Counted from the first letter of the stretch, positions 14,559 to 28,369 are shown. The stretch is 64,000 bases of DNA from Eledone cirrhosa (GCA_964016885.1 OZ024743.1:60450001-60514000); one strand, 5' to 3'. Notes: generated by a model not told the origin, from the sequence alone. A program made the numbers and translations.

Positions 14559-14780
14559 GGTGGATTGGCAGCATTGGTAGAGGGTCGGAAGCCATGCTTT
14601 GCAGCATAGAGTTACGGCCCTTTGTGATCTAATTTCAAATCCCGCTGAGGTTAACTTCACCTTTCATCCTTACAGCATCGATAAAATAAAGTACCAGTCA
14701 CGCACTGGGATCGATTTAATCGACTTTCACCTCCCCCCAAAATTGCTGGCCTTGTGCCTATATAAAAAACCATTATTATT
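14559..14780 (+). mobile_element. SINE family A (tRNA-like head, Meta-type central domain, (ATT)n tail)
   Basis: A/B-box-like head, core CCTTTCATCCTTAC...TCGATAAAATAAAGTACCAG, tail GGCCTTGTGCC...ATTATT. Many copies in the window. Confidence 0.8.
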
Positions 14781-15437
14781 CTCATTGTTTTTCCTTTTCG
14801 TTCAGTATTTTTTCCGTTATATTATTATCATTATTATTATTATTCATTTGCCCAGTGAAGATATTATTAACACTGAATCATTTAATTGACTCCCTATCAA
14901 GTTATGTAACCTCAGACAGACACTACTTTAAGCAAGATATTTGCTGTTCCCAAAGGTGTATTCTTTTTTTTTTTTCTTGCATTCGCGCAATGCTGGGACT
15001 GATTCTATTTCTATCAATGTTTTGGGGGTTTTTTTCCTGGGGTTTTCCTTCACCAACCCAAGAGCTCCTATCACTCTTGGTACCACACTTGTTTTCCTAT
15101 TCTACATTCACTAGACATATATATTTTCAATTCTGCATACTTTGAGATATTATCTTGTTTTACCATGATTGTAATGGTCTCCTGTGCAAGCTACAAAGAT
15201 CAACAAACATCTCCTTTCAGGACCTTTCTCCACCATGGATTATTAAAATCATTAGATTATCAAAGAACATGCTTTGTGGTATTCATCGCGGCTCTTTATC
15301 TTCTGAATAAAAATCCCGTTGAGGTAGATGAAATCTAACTCCAGTCAAATACTAGGGTCGATTTAATCGACGTTCCCCGACCCTTCAAATATCTGGTATT
15401 GTGGAAAAAGTAGAAATAATTATTAGAATATGCTGTG

Positions 15438-15630
15438 GGCGGTGAATTGGCAATATCCCTAGAGCGTCAGACATGTTTTGCGCCATATAGTTACGTCCAT
15501 TTACGTTCTCTGTTTAAACCACGCCAGGTTTAGATTTGTTTTTCATCATTACAGCGTCGATAACATAGAGTACCAGTAACGCACTGGGGTCGATTTAATC
15601 TACCCCACCCCCCAAAAAAATTCAAATCCT
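15438..15630 (+). mobile_element. SINE family A, degenerate copy
   Basis: GGCGGTGAATTGGCA head and GTACCAGTAACGCACTGGGGTCGATTTAATC shared with other copies. Confidence 0.65.
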
Positions 15631-16354
15631 GCCTATATCAACTTCATGTTGTCTCCTTCCACCGTCGCCAAAATAAAACATTAGTCAACTATTGAATGTT
15701 TGACAGTCCTCTCCAAAATGTATTACTTTGTACCTTGTACCTCATGTTCTCGAACGAAACATCGACTAATTATGAATTCATTCTTTAAATAAAACATTTT
15801 TCACACTCCGTATTACACGTTGAATAATCCATTTTAAGGGTCCTTCCTATGTTTTCTTGGAGTGGTAATCCATGAATTTACATACATTTTTGATAATAAT
15901 CATTCTGTTGCTACCGTAGTATGTAGGCTTAACCTTGGATATATGTGTGGCACTGATTGCAGTTTTGTTCTATTATCTCTAGATTTGGAAATACACTACA
16001 TCTCTGTATCCTCCCATGTATTAAAATCATGGTGATCATAGCAGCTTAGCTATTGGTTCCATAGGAATTCGACTTATGTTTGGTTATATTTGGATCACAG
16101 ATTTCACAAAATCAACTGTAATAAATCTATGATCTATTTTGATACAAGACAACAATATTAATGGAATAAATATATAGCTTGCTATTGAAACAATCTCAGT
16201 TTATTTCAGCACAAATATCAGATGTAAAGGTATTCGACAAAGATATTGGGGACGTGGAAAGCTTTTTAAACTGCAAAATCACTGGATTGAGAAAGGACTT
16301 TTATATCCCCATAAAAGAGAGATATTACAAAATACACATGTTATAGATTCGACG

Positions 16355-16530
16355 AATAACATTTGTTCTAGGCGTCAAAAACTTTTAAGCAGCCTTAAAG
16401 CAGACAAGTTCACTGAATTAGTAGAAAATATGGTCTCAATATTAGAAAGATTTGCTGTAATATAAACACCAACGCCCATTACACCCGTAGTCACTTAAGT
16501 AGCTATCCAAAAACGTTCGGTGACTTAATA
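16355..16530 (+). pseudogene. DNA transposase remnant of the ...HYLHSHLDxFPENLG... type (superfamily uncertain)
   Basis: FVLGVKNF..KADKFTELVENMV...CNINTNAHYTRSHLSSYPKTFGDL across frameshifts. Confidence 0.55.
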
Positions 16531-16569
16531 AAAGTTCTATCTTATCGGGACCGGTTAGTAATATCCCAC

Positions 16570-16740
16570 TGACGGAAAACCCTCATCTTTAATAAAGATA
16601 AAGAAATCCCCTAACAATGACCTAATCGATGTTGACAGTACTGATATCTGCGATTTGGTGGGCCCTTTTGTCTTAGACACACTACGTGAAAGATTCCCTG
16701 CCTTTCATACCCGGAATAACCCAACGAAACTTAAGTACCT
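16570..16740 (+). pseudogene. Naiad-type PLE reverse transcriptase fragment
   Basis: RKTLIFNKD...DLIDV-DSTDICDLVGPFVLDTL resembles the [22 protein letters not shown] motif with an internal deletion. Confidence 0.55.
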
Positions 16741-16760
16741 GTACATGTGACTGTTGTAAC

Positions 16761-16800
<40 letters not shown>

Positions 16801-16804
<4 letters not shown>

Positions 16805-17066
16805 TTGAGAAAAATGACAGGAGGCTGGACTGGTGAAATTCCTTCAAAGATTTATTACAAACACTATGACCATTTCAATGACCAGGTTCCGTAGGATCCT
16901 GGTGACACCATCAGGTGTTAATTGTATAAAAGTTGTCTAATAAAAGAATATAATAAAGGAATAATGGTAAACACAATCCAAGAGGCTGTAATATGCATAG
17001 TGTTTGTAATAAATGTTTGAAGGAATTTTACCAGTCCAAACTCGTGGCATATTACTCAATAATAAT
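16801..17066 (-). mobile_element. fold-back PLE terminal cassette with HHR (16860-16919, -)
   Basis: Arms at 16801-16868 and 16996-17066. Minus strand reads AACAC-CTGATGG-TGTCACCAGGATCCTACGGAACCTGGTCATT-GAAA-TGGTCA-TA-GTGTT. Confidence 0.65.
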
Positions 17067-17200
17067 TAACTCCGTTCTCGCACCACCAACAAGATTCAAC
17101 ATAAACGAAGATGGATGATTTGCATTACGTCGAGGAATCTTTCACGTAGTGTGTATACGGAATGACCAGTTCTATCCAGTGGTAAACCAACAAACCTAAA

Positions 17201-17274
<74 letters not shown>

Positions 17275-17281
<7 letters not shown>

Positions 17282-17843
17282 AGTATATTTACCAACATAT
17301 GCGTACAGATGTACACTAATGCTAGCAAATACATAAGTTATGTCACAGTACCTAGGTGGTTCTATGCAGGGGGATGCAGAACAATTATATGAAAGACGTA
17401 AAATAAGAAAATTTTAAAAATTAAAAATTAACTTACTAAAATTTTCTCTTCAACTAATTAGTTTCTGTAATGGGATAAATATAGTTACGCAATGTAACTA
17501 TCGAGAATTCATTATGTCATCAGGGAGTCTATTCTCAGCTAAGTGTCACGTGATTGATTCTTTATAATCTGCCACTTGACTAGAGACAGTGAACTTTTTC
17601 AGTGCTATGGAATTCAGTCCCCGCTAGCTGTTCCATCCACAGAATTATTATTTTTATATGAGTTCCTAGTGTCCGCGCATTGCCTAGGAACTTAGCTGAG
17701 AATAGACTCCCTGATGACGTAATGAATTCTCGATAGTTACATTGCGTAACTATATTTATCCCATTACAGAAACTAATTAGCTGGAGTGAAAATTTTAGTA
17801 AGTAAGTTAATTTTTAATTTTTAAAATTTTCTTATTTTACGTC

Positions 17844-17851
<8 letters not shown>
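17275..17851 (+). mobile_element. second locus of the 7410-8487 HHR family, in fold-back arrangement
   Basis: 17275-17543 is an inverted terminal copy and 17544-17851 is forward. HHRs at 17447-17528(-) and 17706-17787(+). Confidence 0.75.
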
Positions 17852-17912
<61 letters not shown>

Positions 17913-19659
17913 GTGTGTGTGTGTGGAGACTGATTACTGCTGGAACCTTCAGAACTGCTGCGGTGAAAAACACACTCTAGAACATCCTGTAAATGTACCT
18001 CCTTATATATTGAAAGTTGATCATTTTATATGCTTATTTTATTTTAGTTGCAAATACTATAGCTTTTAATCCAGCTGCTGCACTAAAAGAAATATAGTAA
18101 TATATAAGATAGGGATTGTTTTAATTGCATGTGCCATATTAATGACATTAATATTTTTGTTGGTTTTGTAACAAAGTAGGCTTATCAGTAATTAATTACA
18201 GTTGAGAAGACAAACCGGAGGCCATTTTTAGTATCAGCAATTCAAATATATCTAAACATATGCATAAATGCTAATAGACGAAATGTAATGAGGAATGCTA
18301 TTGGGAATACTTAAGTTTATCTACTAAGTCAATACATCAGCATATAAAACAGTATAGTATATCTACAAAAAAAAGTGGGTGATAGAGCGAAAACCGATGG
18401 TATATTTGGTATCAATGCTTCATATATAGTTGAGAATCTGTTTAATTTTCAACACAGCAGAAATTTTTTTCGCTGGCCAGTGTTATTTAAGACAGGCGTA
18501 TTGGGAGCTTTCTGTTATGTGCTAAGTTCAAATCCCACCAATGTCAATTTTGGCTTTTATTTCTTCTGTGGGGGTTAAATTAAAATAAAATTCTAGATAG
18601 GTATTGACGTTGATATAATCGACTAAACACTTTTCGCTGTAATGAATTTGTCTGTAAAAAATCATTAATAGAAAGTTCTATGTTGGTTGTGTCATTACAT
18701 TCGTGTTATTAAGAATTTATGACAATACATTTCAATATGCAATGTATTTGTAATTCCAGTTTTTCACACTTACTTGGCAGATGTATCAGTGTCTTTCACA
18801 ACGTCTCGATAACAACAAAGGTAATTTCAAATACCACCTCTGGGTTTTCTCAAATTTATGATTAAATACAGACATAATACAGTGAAGTTCGTGTGTTTGA
18901 GCTTTTACAATTATATAATGGCTTCACACAACGGTTTGCTTTCAGTTTATGTACATAAAAGAATTCTCATAGCAATTTACTGGCACCATTTTGTTCAGAG
19001 TGATGTGTAAATGTTTAGACTATACATTTATGTTAGGTTTCCCTTCGAGCAGAGGCATGCGTAGGTTGACACACACACACACACATACACACATAAATAT
19101 ATATTTATATATATATTATATATTATAAATATTATAATATATTATATATATATATATTATATATATATATTATATATATTATATAAATATATATTATATA
19201 TATGATATATGCGTGTGTGTGAGTATTATATTATATAGATGTGTATGTTAATGTGTGTGTGCACGCGCACGGGTTCATGTGTGCGTGTTGACTTGCGAAA
19301 ATTGTTTTTCCAGTTAAAATACTCCTATTATATGTGCTGTTACAGCCAATATAGCAAAGTAGTCAAAGAAAGAAAATTCAAATTACACAGATTTAAACAC
19401 ACAAAAAAACAACATAATTTAATGCATCACTTACACAAACACACAAACTTTACAGAAATGAAATACCCTAACCATGCCAAAACACAAAACTCATTTCCAT
19501 GACGTAAAACAATTGCACAAATCTAAAACTGAAATCAAAGTTTTCTGAGGGTCTATTGGTAAAACAATATCAACGATATTCTAGTAGAAAGAACTGCTCA
19601 GCCTTTCTTAATCCACAGGGAAATGATAGTGGTCCTTCTCACTTTCCATCCTCTTCATC

Positions 19660-20895
19660 AAACGTAGCCTTACTCAGGAGAGGGTGTATGAATGCACGTG
19701 GACTGGGATCGTTTTGGAAGCAGTGCCTGCAGCTCAGCGACCTCGGACCACTAAATATAGATGTGTTGGCCATCAACAAGACCAGAATTTCTGACGAAAT
19801 GAGCCTTCGCACCCATTTTCAGCGGCTATGAGGCATACGCATCTCCAAACCACCTGGTATGTAAAGGCCTGGATGTTGTGATATGGACTGTCTTCTTAGT
19901 TTCAGAAGGTAAGTTATTGGTGCTGGATGTGACCAGCAGTGAAGAGCATTCAGCAGGCTAGTAGCCGTCGATGCTTTGAGAGGGACAGGACGGTCTGTTT
20001 TCTTCAGACGCCTCGAGACCCTTCTAGGAACATCCCGTTCATTAATGTTAGTGGACGATTGGAACGGTATTTTACGCGTAAGCTGTAACTGTGTAGAGAT
20101 AGCAGATAGGGAACAAAGGTGAAAAAAAACAAGCAGAAATGCTCAGATATTTCCAATTATTTGAAAGGGACCGACTGCATTTCTCAAATTTGTCAAAATG
20201 GAGATAGAGAATCCACATCGGATCGTCGAGATTGTACCTCTTATTCGGCCAGGAATAATTACAAGAGATTAGAGTAAAGTCAATAGCATTAAATTAAGAA
20301 GTACTGATAAGAGAGAACAGAACAAAAGGGGTGGGAAGTAGTTAAATTAGAAGAGGCTATTAGGAAAGGCATTGCAATCTGCGTGCTAGCTGTGAGAGTA
20401 GCACTGGGCTATTTCTTGAATTCGAATCACGGTTGCATAGTCAGAGCTAAGGTGCGTCCCTTAAGAAACGAGGGAACGAATTTTGTTCGTGGGGCCCGAG
20501 TGTCAGAAACTGGGTGGCACCAAAGTCACGATTCGGTCTTTGACAGACAAGGACGTGCGCATCTTTCTCGATTCGAAGCAGATGTGTGCCGCTTTCCTTC
20601 GGCACTGCGCACAACTGTTCGGACCAAGCAGAGGTCGGAGTCGTTAGCGAATTACAGTTCTTACCTCGTCTGATATGGAATGCTGAGTTTAGGAGAGGGG
20701 CTCCCTCCTAGGGGGGAGAGTATGGTGGTTAAGGATCTGTGTTCCTTTGTACCCCTGGGTCGTACTCCATCAAATTAGAGAATTATTTTATTATATATTC
20801 ATTGTTAATTGTTTTCTCTTTTCAGTTTCTACACATTTTAATATAAAGCTCCACTGTCCCTGTGGCCAATCAAACGTGTTTTTATTATTATTTTA
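19660..20895 (+). mobile_element. heavily decayed, internally deleted L1/Tx1-type LINE
   Basis: GCMNARGLGSFWKQ...LNIDVLAINKTRI is an APE endonuclease N-terminus. The 3' end CCCTGTGGCCAAT...TTATTATTA resembles the end of the element at 1-1047. Confidence 0.65.
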
Positions 20896-20970
20896 TTCTA
20901 TTGCCTACTAGGGCCGAAAGAAAAGGGAAAATAACAAAAAAAAGGGATAATGTAGGTTTATATAAATGTT

Positions 20971-21200
20971 GTAATGGCACTACGTCGGTTATGACGATGA
21001 GTATTCCTGTTGATACGATCTACGGAACAACCTGTTCGTAAAATTAACGTGCAAGTGGCTGAACATTCCACAAACATGCGTACCTTTAATCAGGGAGATT
21101 AAGTTTGAAACAGAATTTAACACGGCTGGCCCTTCGAATTACAGATATATCTCATTTTTGCCAGCTGAGTGGACGGGAGCAACATGTAATAAAATTTCTT
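20971..21200 (-). mobile_element. SINE family B (V-domain-like), partial
   Basis: GTGCAAGTGGCTGAACATTCCAC...CATTTTTGCCAGCTGAGTGGAC is shared with 39875-40128 and 61960-62400. Confidence 0.7.
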
Positions 21201-21519
21201 GGGTCCAATTCCCCTCTTGGACTGAACTCACCTCCCCAATTTGTTTAATACCCCGTCCATTATCACTCCCCTAGATTCCTATCGGTTTCTCTTGAACATT
21301 AGCAGCTTCTCTTACAACTAATACAAACCGACTATATATGCTCACTCCACTTTTCCCTTCACTGCTCTCTATACACACATACACACCCTTATATTAGCAT
21401 ACTTTTGCTCATAGCTTCGTACTTACATGCACACACACTCTTTTACTCACATATACACACACTTTCCTTCTTAGCTTCGTACAGACGTATAATAACACAC
21501 ACACACACACGCACACACA

Positions 21520-21550
<31 letters not shown>

Positions 21551-21771
21551 GCGCGTGCACAAGTAGAGCTCTTTTTACAAAACGGTTTTTTTTCCATTTC
21601 AGGTAGATGCGCTCCATCATCCACTTTTCTAAAAAATAAATCATACACAAAAAGCCAGCCCCAACAGTTTTGCAAGAGATGTCAACATGAATGGACTTCT
21701 TATTTTTATCTAAAGACATTTTACCAATTCCATCCCGCCCGTCCCCTCAATCTATCTTATTTCTCATTCTT

Positions 21772-21807
21772 TCTTCTGATGAAAGACTAGCGTCCGAAAC
21801 GTTAAGA
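21772..21807 (+). ncRNA. minimal type I hammerhead motif in a PLE-like tail (21720-21894)
   Basis: TCTT-CTGATGA-AAGAC(TAGC)GTCC-GAAA-CG-TT-AAGA. Confidence 0.7.
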
Positions 21808-21891
21808 CCCTCTTCCTGCTATATCAAGCGTTAACCTAATATATCCCTTCCATATACTGTACCGATTGTGTTGTTATTTCTGTTCACCTTT

Positions 21892-21933
<42 letters not shown>

Positions 21934-21939
<6 letters not shown>

Positions 21940-22524
21940 ATATTAATAAATGGAAACTATATTTATAAAACCATATTTATTTTATTATACATATTTGAAG
22001 GGCAACCAAGGAAAATTATGGTGCGCTTTCATCAGATAAAATACAGATTTGTTTTATAAATAAATATTGTCATACTCGGAAAAGAAGACAACCTTAGCTG
22101 TTGGAGCTTCCTGGATAGTGGAGATATTACATTTATTGAGGGTAATACAAAATTATGAGTGTCCGAAAGGTTGAAAAGATAACGGTTTATTTAAATTAAA
22201 CTGTTTGTTTTTCTCCCTCACATATCACCTTCTTCCAACAGTTTAATTTAAATAAATCGTTATCTTTTCAACCTTTCGGACACTCATTTGTATACTCACT
22301 CATAATTTTGTATTACCCTCAATAAATGTAATATCTCCACTATCCAGGAAGCTCCAACCGTTAAGGTTGTCTTTTTTTCCGGGTATGTCAATATTTATTT
22401 ATAAAACAAATCTGTATTTTATCTGATGAAAGCGCACCATAATTTACCTTGGTTGCCCTTGAAATATTAATAATAAAATAAATATGGTTTTATAAATATA
22501 GTTTCCATTTATTAATATATTGTA
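21934..22524. repeat. long fold-back (~270-bp arms) carrying an HHR in each arm
   Basis: 21934-22205 is the reverse complement of 22237-22524. The plus-strand HHR at 22417-22478 reads TTTTAT-CTGATGA-AAGCGCACC...GGTTGCCCTT-GAAA-TATTAA-TA-ATAAAA. Confidence 0.8.
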
Positions 22525-22592
22525 TATTTACACCACCAATCTGTTGAGTGCTTTATATCAGTTATAACAATTTTTAAATTAAATATAACCTC

Positions 22593-22652
<60 letters not shown>

Positions 22653-22982
22653 GGTAAAAGGCAAACAGAAATAACAACACAATCGGTACAGTATATGGAA
22701 GGGATGTATTAGCTTATATATCCGTATATATATATATATATAAATGGAAAAAATCAAATTTCATTTCTCACTCTTGGTACGGCTGATACTTAAATATAAG
22801 TATGTACACGTACATACATATATGTATACAGACGTACAGTAGTATGTATATACATACATGCACACATATAAATATGTACGTATGGGTTTACCGAACATTT
22901 ATTATAATGCTCGGTTTGTTTGTAAACAAACAGCCCGAATTATTAGCCGTACAGTGTTCGGCAACCATCGCTGCAATTTTGT

Positions 22983-24093
22983 TCAACACTGACACTTTGG
23001 GGATCTAGTTCTTCTGCTGTTCCGTTCGGTCATCATAGGCCTCCGATTTTGCCGCTGGTAATTGTTCTTGGGGTTTTGATAGTAGTTGTATCTGGTTCTG
23101 GTGTTCAGTATTTGGTTTGTGTATAATTGTGTGTTTGGGATTCTCCGATTTCTGGTTGATGTTTGTTTATTGTGTGAGAATTCTTCATTTCTTGTGTTTT
23201 TGTATATTCCCGAATTTGATGGTTTCTTATGGCTTGTTTTTTCGAGTTTATTTGGACTTTGCCATAGTTTTTTTTTCATATTCTTGTAGCCATTGAACTC
23301 CAAGATTTTCTTTGATTTCAATTCCTCTCTGGTTGCATCATTCTTCCAAAGGTCAAATAGTTTTTCTCGTACATTACCGATGCTTCTTTTGTTTATTTCT
23401 TCTCTAATGGTGGTGTCAGATTTTTCGAATTTCTCTTTAAATTTTGACACTCTTAGACGGAGTAGAGTGATTTTTGTCTCATGTTTCTGGAGTGCTAGGT
23501 TTTGTCTTATTTTGGTTTCTTCATTTGGTTCTGATGTTATTTCTTTAATCCGGAATTTTCTCGGGAGGAGACTTGTTCTTTACTTCGCCATATCTCATAT
23601 GTGTCCGCTAGGTTTTCCCTCCTCAAGGCTTTCCAGTATGCATGTTTTCTTTGGCTTAGTATTTTGTTCGAAATATTTCTCATTTGGTTTCTTTTTTTTT
23701 TTTTTTGAAAGCTTCATTTTCCAGATTCAGTTCATTCCACTCTTTGAACGCATTTTGAACCGTGGAATTCTGGTCGTGTGTAACTATTTCAGAGGGTGAA
23801 ATTTGTTCTTGTTTCTGGCGGTTTGCAATTAGGGAATCGAGTTTCTCCCTATAGCTGCGTGTTGGTTGTTCCATTTCATATACGGCATTAGTAAGAGAGT
23901 CGTACTTACTTATCATTATGTAGAGTTTTTCGGAGATCTCCTGTAATATTGTCTCCGATTTGAGGGGTTCAGTAACAGACTTTGAACGTGTGTTAGCCAT
24001 TCTGTCGTGTACAAGGTGGTAGAATATTGGAAAATGTGTGGGATCCTTGGTACAGTTAGGTATATTTGAATAAAAGGAAAAGAATGACATCAC
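22983..24093 (-). pseudogene. disrupted ORF for a charged, coiled-coil-like protein, probably transposon-derived
   Basis: ORFs 23680-24093 and 22983-23450 are linked by an interrupted frame (LLPRKFRIKEITSEPNEETKIRQNLALQKHETKITLL) and broken at an A-run. No recognised domain. Confidence 0.45.
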
Positions 24094-24548
24094 TTGTAGT
24101 GTTAAAACATTTTTATGATTTAAGGTTATAATATAATATTATAATATTATGAATATATACAGAGAGAGAGAGGGGGGAAGTGAGAGAACCAGGGATTGAT
24201 TGATAGATAGATATGTGTATGTGTGGAATAGAATAGGTGAAGGAAAATTTAAGGCATTTTATTCATCTTACATATTTATCAACACGCTGGTGATTTAAAA
24301 CTATATATGTATATATACATAACGAGGAATCAGTGATGCATCAAAATACAATTTATTAACATATTACATATGTTTCTCCGACGATCATCTCAAGGCAGGA
24401 TCTGTTACAGATCGAACCTGAAGTAATAATATACTCTGCTACGGACGCATTTAATTACAACCATACAACAACTATACACACACACACACACACATACATA
24501 CATGCATACATGCATACATACATATATATATATATATATAGGAGTAAG

Positions 24549-24642
24549 TAAGACCCCGACGGCTGAGCTCAAGCCGTTTCGACGGCTAATTCTGTACAGA
24601 ATTAGCCGTCGAAACGGCTTGAGCTCAGCCGTCGGGGTCTTA
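24549..24642. repeat. perfect 94-bp palindrome of the AGCCGTCGAAACGGCT repeat family
   Basis: TAAGACCCCGACGGC...TCTGT|ACAGA...GCCGTCGGGGTCTTA. Family members also at 11673, 11795, 29202-29367, 29775 and 45525-45737. Confidence 0.9.
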
Positions 24643-25218
24643 ATTACAACCATACAACTAGTAAAAACTAGTTTTTCACATTATGTAATTTATAAAATAA
24701 TTACAGTTATAATTTTAAAAATTCAGATTAACAATTAGAATGCCTTAAAGCATCAAAAGGCCTTATAATTAAACTTTAAAAAGTTTATTATTAAATTAGA
24801 TATATGCATTTGTCTAAATATAAACAAAGATTATATTGTCTAAAGATTAAGATGATACCTATCAGTTATATATAACATAATATAATACAATAAATAAGTT
24901 ACTGATAATATTGTTAAAAATTAAAGTTTTAGATCAATTATTATAATAAGGTCATGTAACACATATATACTATAAATATACAATCATATTGAATCATATG
25001 GATAAGAATCTGATTCAATGTAAAAAAGTGAATTGTCTGCTATGTTAAATTTTTTTTTTATAAAATGATATAGTAGTATAAACATGAAAAAGAGAAAGCC
25101 TAAGGATTTCATTGACCCGATAATATTAATAACTCCGGAAAACCATCTTGTTGAGTGCTTCCAATCTATTGTAAAACTAATTCTCTGATTTATTCATTGA
25201 ACCTTGTTTAACCTTTAA

Positions 25219-25255
<37 letters not shown>

Positions 25256-25331
25256 GTTTCTACTTTAGGCACAAGGCCAGCAATTATCCCAGTGTATTAC
25301 TGGTACTTTATTTTATATATATATATATATA

Positions 25332-25500
25332 TAATGAAAACTAAAAGTTACGGGCGAAAGAGAGGAACATCTATCGTCAGTTGTCTACTAGAAATCATAG
25401 GTATTTATTCGCGTTAGAGACTAACGCGAATAGACTAACGCGAGGAAATAACTATGATGGATATTCCTCTCTTTCGTCCGTAACTTTTATTTTTCATTAT
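25332..25500. repeat. fold-back cassette with an inner hairpin
   Basis: Arms at ~25332-25382 and ~25449-25500; inner hairpin TATTCGCGTTAG-AGA-CTAACGCGAATA. Confidence 0.7.
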
Positions 25501-25602
25501 ATTTAAATGCAACCACACAGCTCGCCATTTTATTTATATATATATATAAATTTGAGAAGTGACACACGAGTTGATATATATTAGGAAAAGTAGAAAAAAA
25601 CT

Positions 25603-25687
<85 letters not shown>

Positions 25688-26069
25688 AAATGTGAACTTT
25701 TTAATATATATATATATAAACTATGATCTCATCTCTAATACCCTCTTCTATTTAATATACATCTTAATTTTATTATATACTCTTTATCATATTTCCTGTA
25801 GCATGAAGATCCCGAAACAACTATCGGCTGAAACCGGTACGAGAGATTACTTTAAAAAATGTTTTGCTGTTATTCTATGAGAAAATCCCAATAGAATTTT
25901 CTTCTTTTTGTCTTAATATATATGATCTGTAGTAAACAGCTGATGAAGGGATACCTTTCTTCTCTTGTTTACGTCCCGTTTACCTTCTAACACTTCGTTT
26001 TCAGTAACTTCACACCCTGCCTCTTCACTTGTATATATGTATATATATATATATATATATATACATACA

Positions 26070-26455
26070 TATGTATAGGAACAAATAAATCGAAACAAAC
26101 ACAGGATGCAAAAATACAAAGCTCACGCTTAGTAGGAAGTGAAGGCGGGTTCGAGGTTTCAGACGGAAGTTCTTCGTGGAGAAAAGGAGAGTTCAGATAG
26201 GGAAACAACTGGTAGGTACATGAAAGTTTAGAAAAGATTGTTAGGTTGGTGACGGTAAGCGAGTGGTCCGGCATTTGGCGGTGGGGTTGACATGAAGAGT
26301 CTAGGTGTATCATGGGTGTGGTTTTGCCTGTGCTGATAGGGTGAAATTGGTACGTGTGCATTATTGATTCAGTTAGTGTATGTGTGTGTGTGTGTGTGTG
26401 TGTGCGTGTCTCTGAGTCTTATATTTTGTGTGTGCATACTAGTGTGTCCCCACTG

Positions 26456-26494
<39 letters not shown>

Positions 26495-26533
26495 CCCGCT
26501 TGTGTGTGTGCGGGTGTGTGAATTCATATTTTG

Positions 26534-26612
<79 letters not shown>

Positions 26613-27510
26613 ATGTCTCAAAGCGAGTGTTTGAGACTTTCTGTATTGTCTGTAACAGAATTATTTTTTCTGCATTTGTGTGTGGGTAAGTGAGTGTAGG
26701 TTTCTGAGTGGATTTATCTGTGTGTGGGTATGTATGTGAATATCAACGTGTAGTCCGGTGTCCAAGAGGGATGATATGTTTAGCTAGTTGTTGTTAGTGA
26801 AGTGGTCAGGTGGTGTAGAGAGGGAGGAAGGGAGAAAGAGAGGTGGTAACGTACGCAGAAGGGAAGTGATTTGGGAGGGAGCAGGAGAGGCAACGTGTGT
26901 GTATGTGTAAATATATATGTGTATGTGTATTGGTGGTACAGGGATAATGTAGTAACTGACGAGGTTATTAGTAGTTAGTTGTAGGTGGTTGTGTGTGTTG
27001 GTGGGGAGTGAAGGTAGATTGTTAATAGTATTAACCTCTGGGGTTGTTCTTGTGGGGGGATGGTGGTACAGCGGTGGGGTGTGGAGGTAGAACAGAGTTA
27101 GTAGTGTAGGTGGTGAGTTGTGTGGTCCGTTAGTTAATTGGTTAGTGACCGTGGGTGGAGTTAAAAGTGTAAGAGGGTCATATGGGTTTAACTGGTAAAT
27201 TCGCTGTGTTGGTGCATGTGGATAAGTTGATGAAGAAGTGGAGCGTGTGTTGTTGTGTCAGGGGTGTGTCGAGCAAGCCTAAAGTAAGAGGGGTGGGGAA
27301 ATTAAACCGTTTTGGGTTCAGGTCTGCGGAAAAAAATAATGCACTGCTCATGTCTCAAGCGTGTGGCAGGGGTACCTGAACACGCGATATGACCACATCC
27401 TGAGGATGTGAGTGGGGAGTCCACTCGACGCCGAGTCTGTCCTATGTAGACAGATCTACATAACGTGCAGTGGAGTCCGTAGACAACGCTGGAAGAAGTG
27501 CAGCAGGAGG
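26070..27510 (-). mobile_element. probable decayed Penelope-like element
   Basis: Strong strand asymmetry, and a degenerate HHR on the minus strand at ~26147-26182 (CTCCACGAAGA..TCTGAAACCTCGAA) followed by a T-rich tail. Confidence 0.35.
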
Positions 27511-28369
27511 TTTATTTATATATAAATTCAAGAGTAACAAGACTCACTGTTCAGCCCTAATAATATGAATGTTAATATTCTACTCTGGTATTGAGTACTT
27601 TCTCTCAGCCGTCAACTATAAACGGATATATATATATTTGTGTGTGTGTGTGTATATGTGTGTGTATGTGTGTGTATGTGGGTGTGTGTGTGCGTTTTTG
27701 TGTTTATGTGTGTGTATGTATGCATATATATATATACATATACATGTATGTATGTATGTATATTTATATATGTGTATAGGCCTGATATAGTAAAGATCAC
27801 GAGAAGTGTGTGTATGCTACTCTAAGATTAAGTTAACGACTTCATGCTTGAAACGAATGGCTTCTTCTAGTGACAGATATATTATATATAATGTTAAAAT
27901 GGCAAGTGATTTATATTCCTGATGACAAACCAATAGGTTTCCCATCTCGAAGAGATCCAAATATCCTGTATAAAACCGACATAATATCCGCATCCACTCA
28001 TGTCGTTATTCGTTTTTTCGTTTTTTTTTTGTTTTTGTTTTTTTTTCTGTTCATGTTGGTAATTGGAGTGATAGTTGTGCTGGTGTTGCTATTTATATAC
28101 AAATATAAGCTAAGATTTATTGCGCATTCAAGCTCACATCTATTCGAGCAGTGAAGGTTATATATATATTTATATATATATATATGTGTGTGTGTGTTGC
28201 GTGCGAGTGTAGTGAGCAGAGGATGGTGGAGCTTTTTTATTTGTTATTTATGATTGATCCTTTTCACGTGTTTCACTATAATCGCTTTTACCTGCATCAG
28301 TCTAGAGTCGAATTATATAATTCGTAAGACACTTCTAAAGGACTCTGTAGAAAAATATGTAAAATATGT

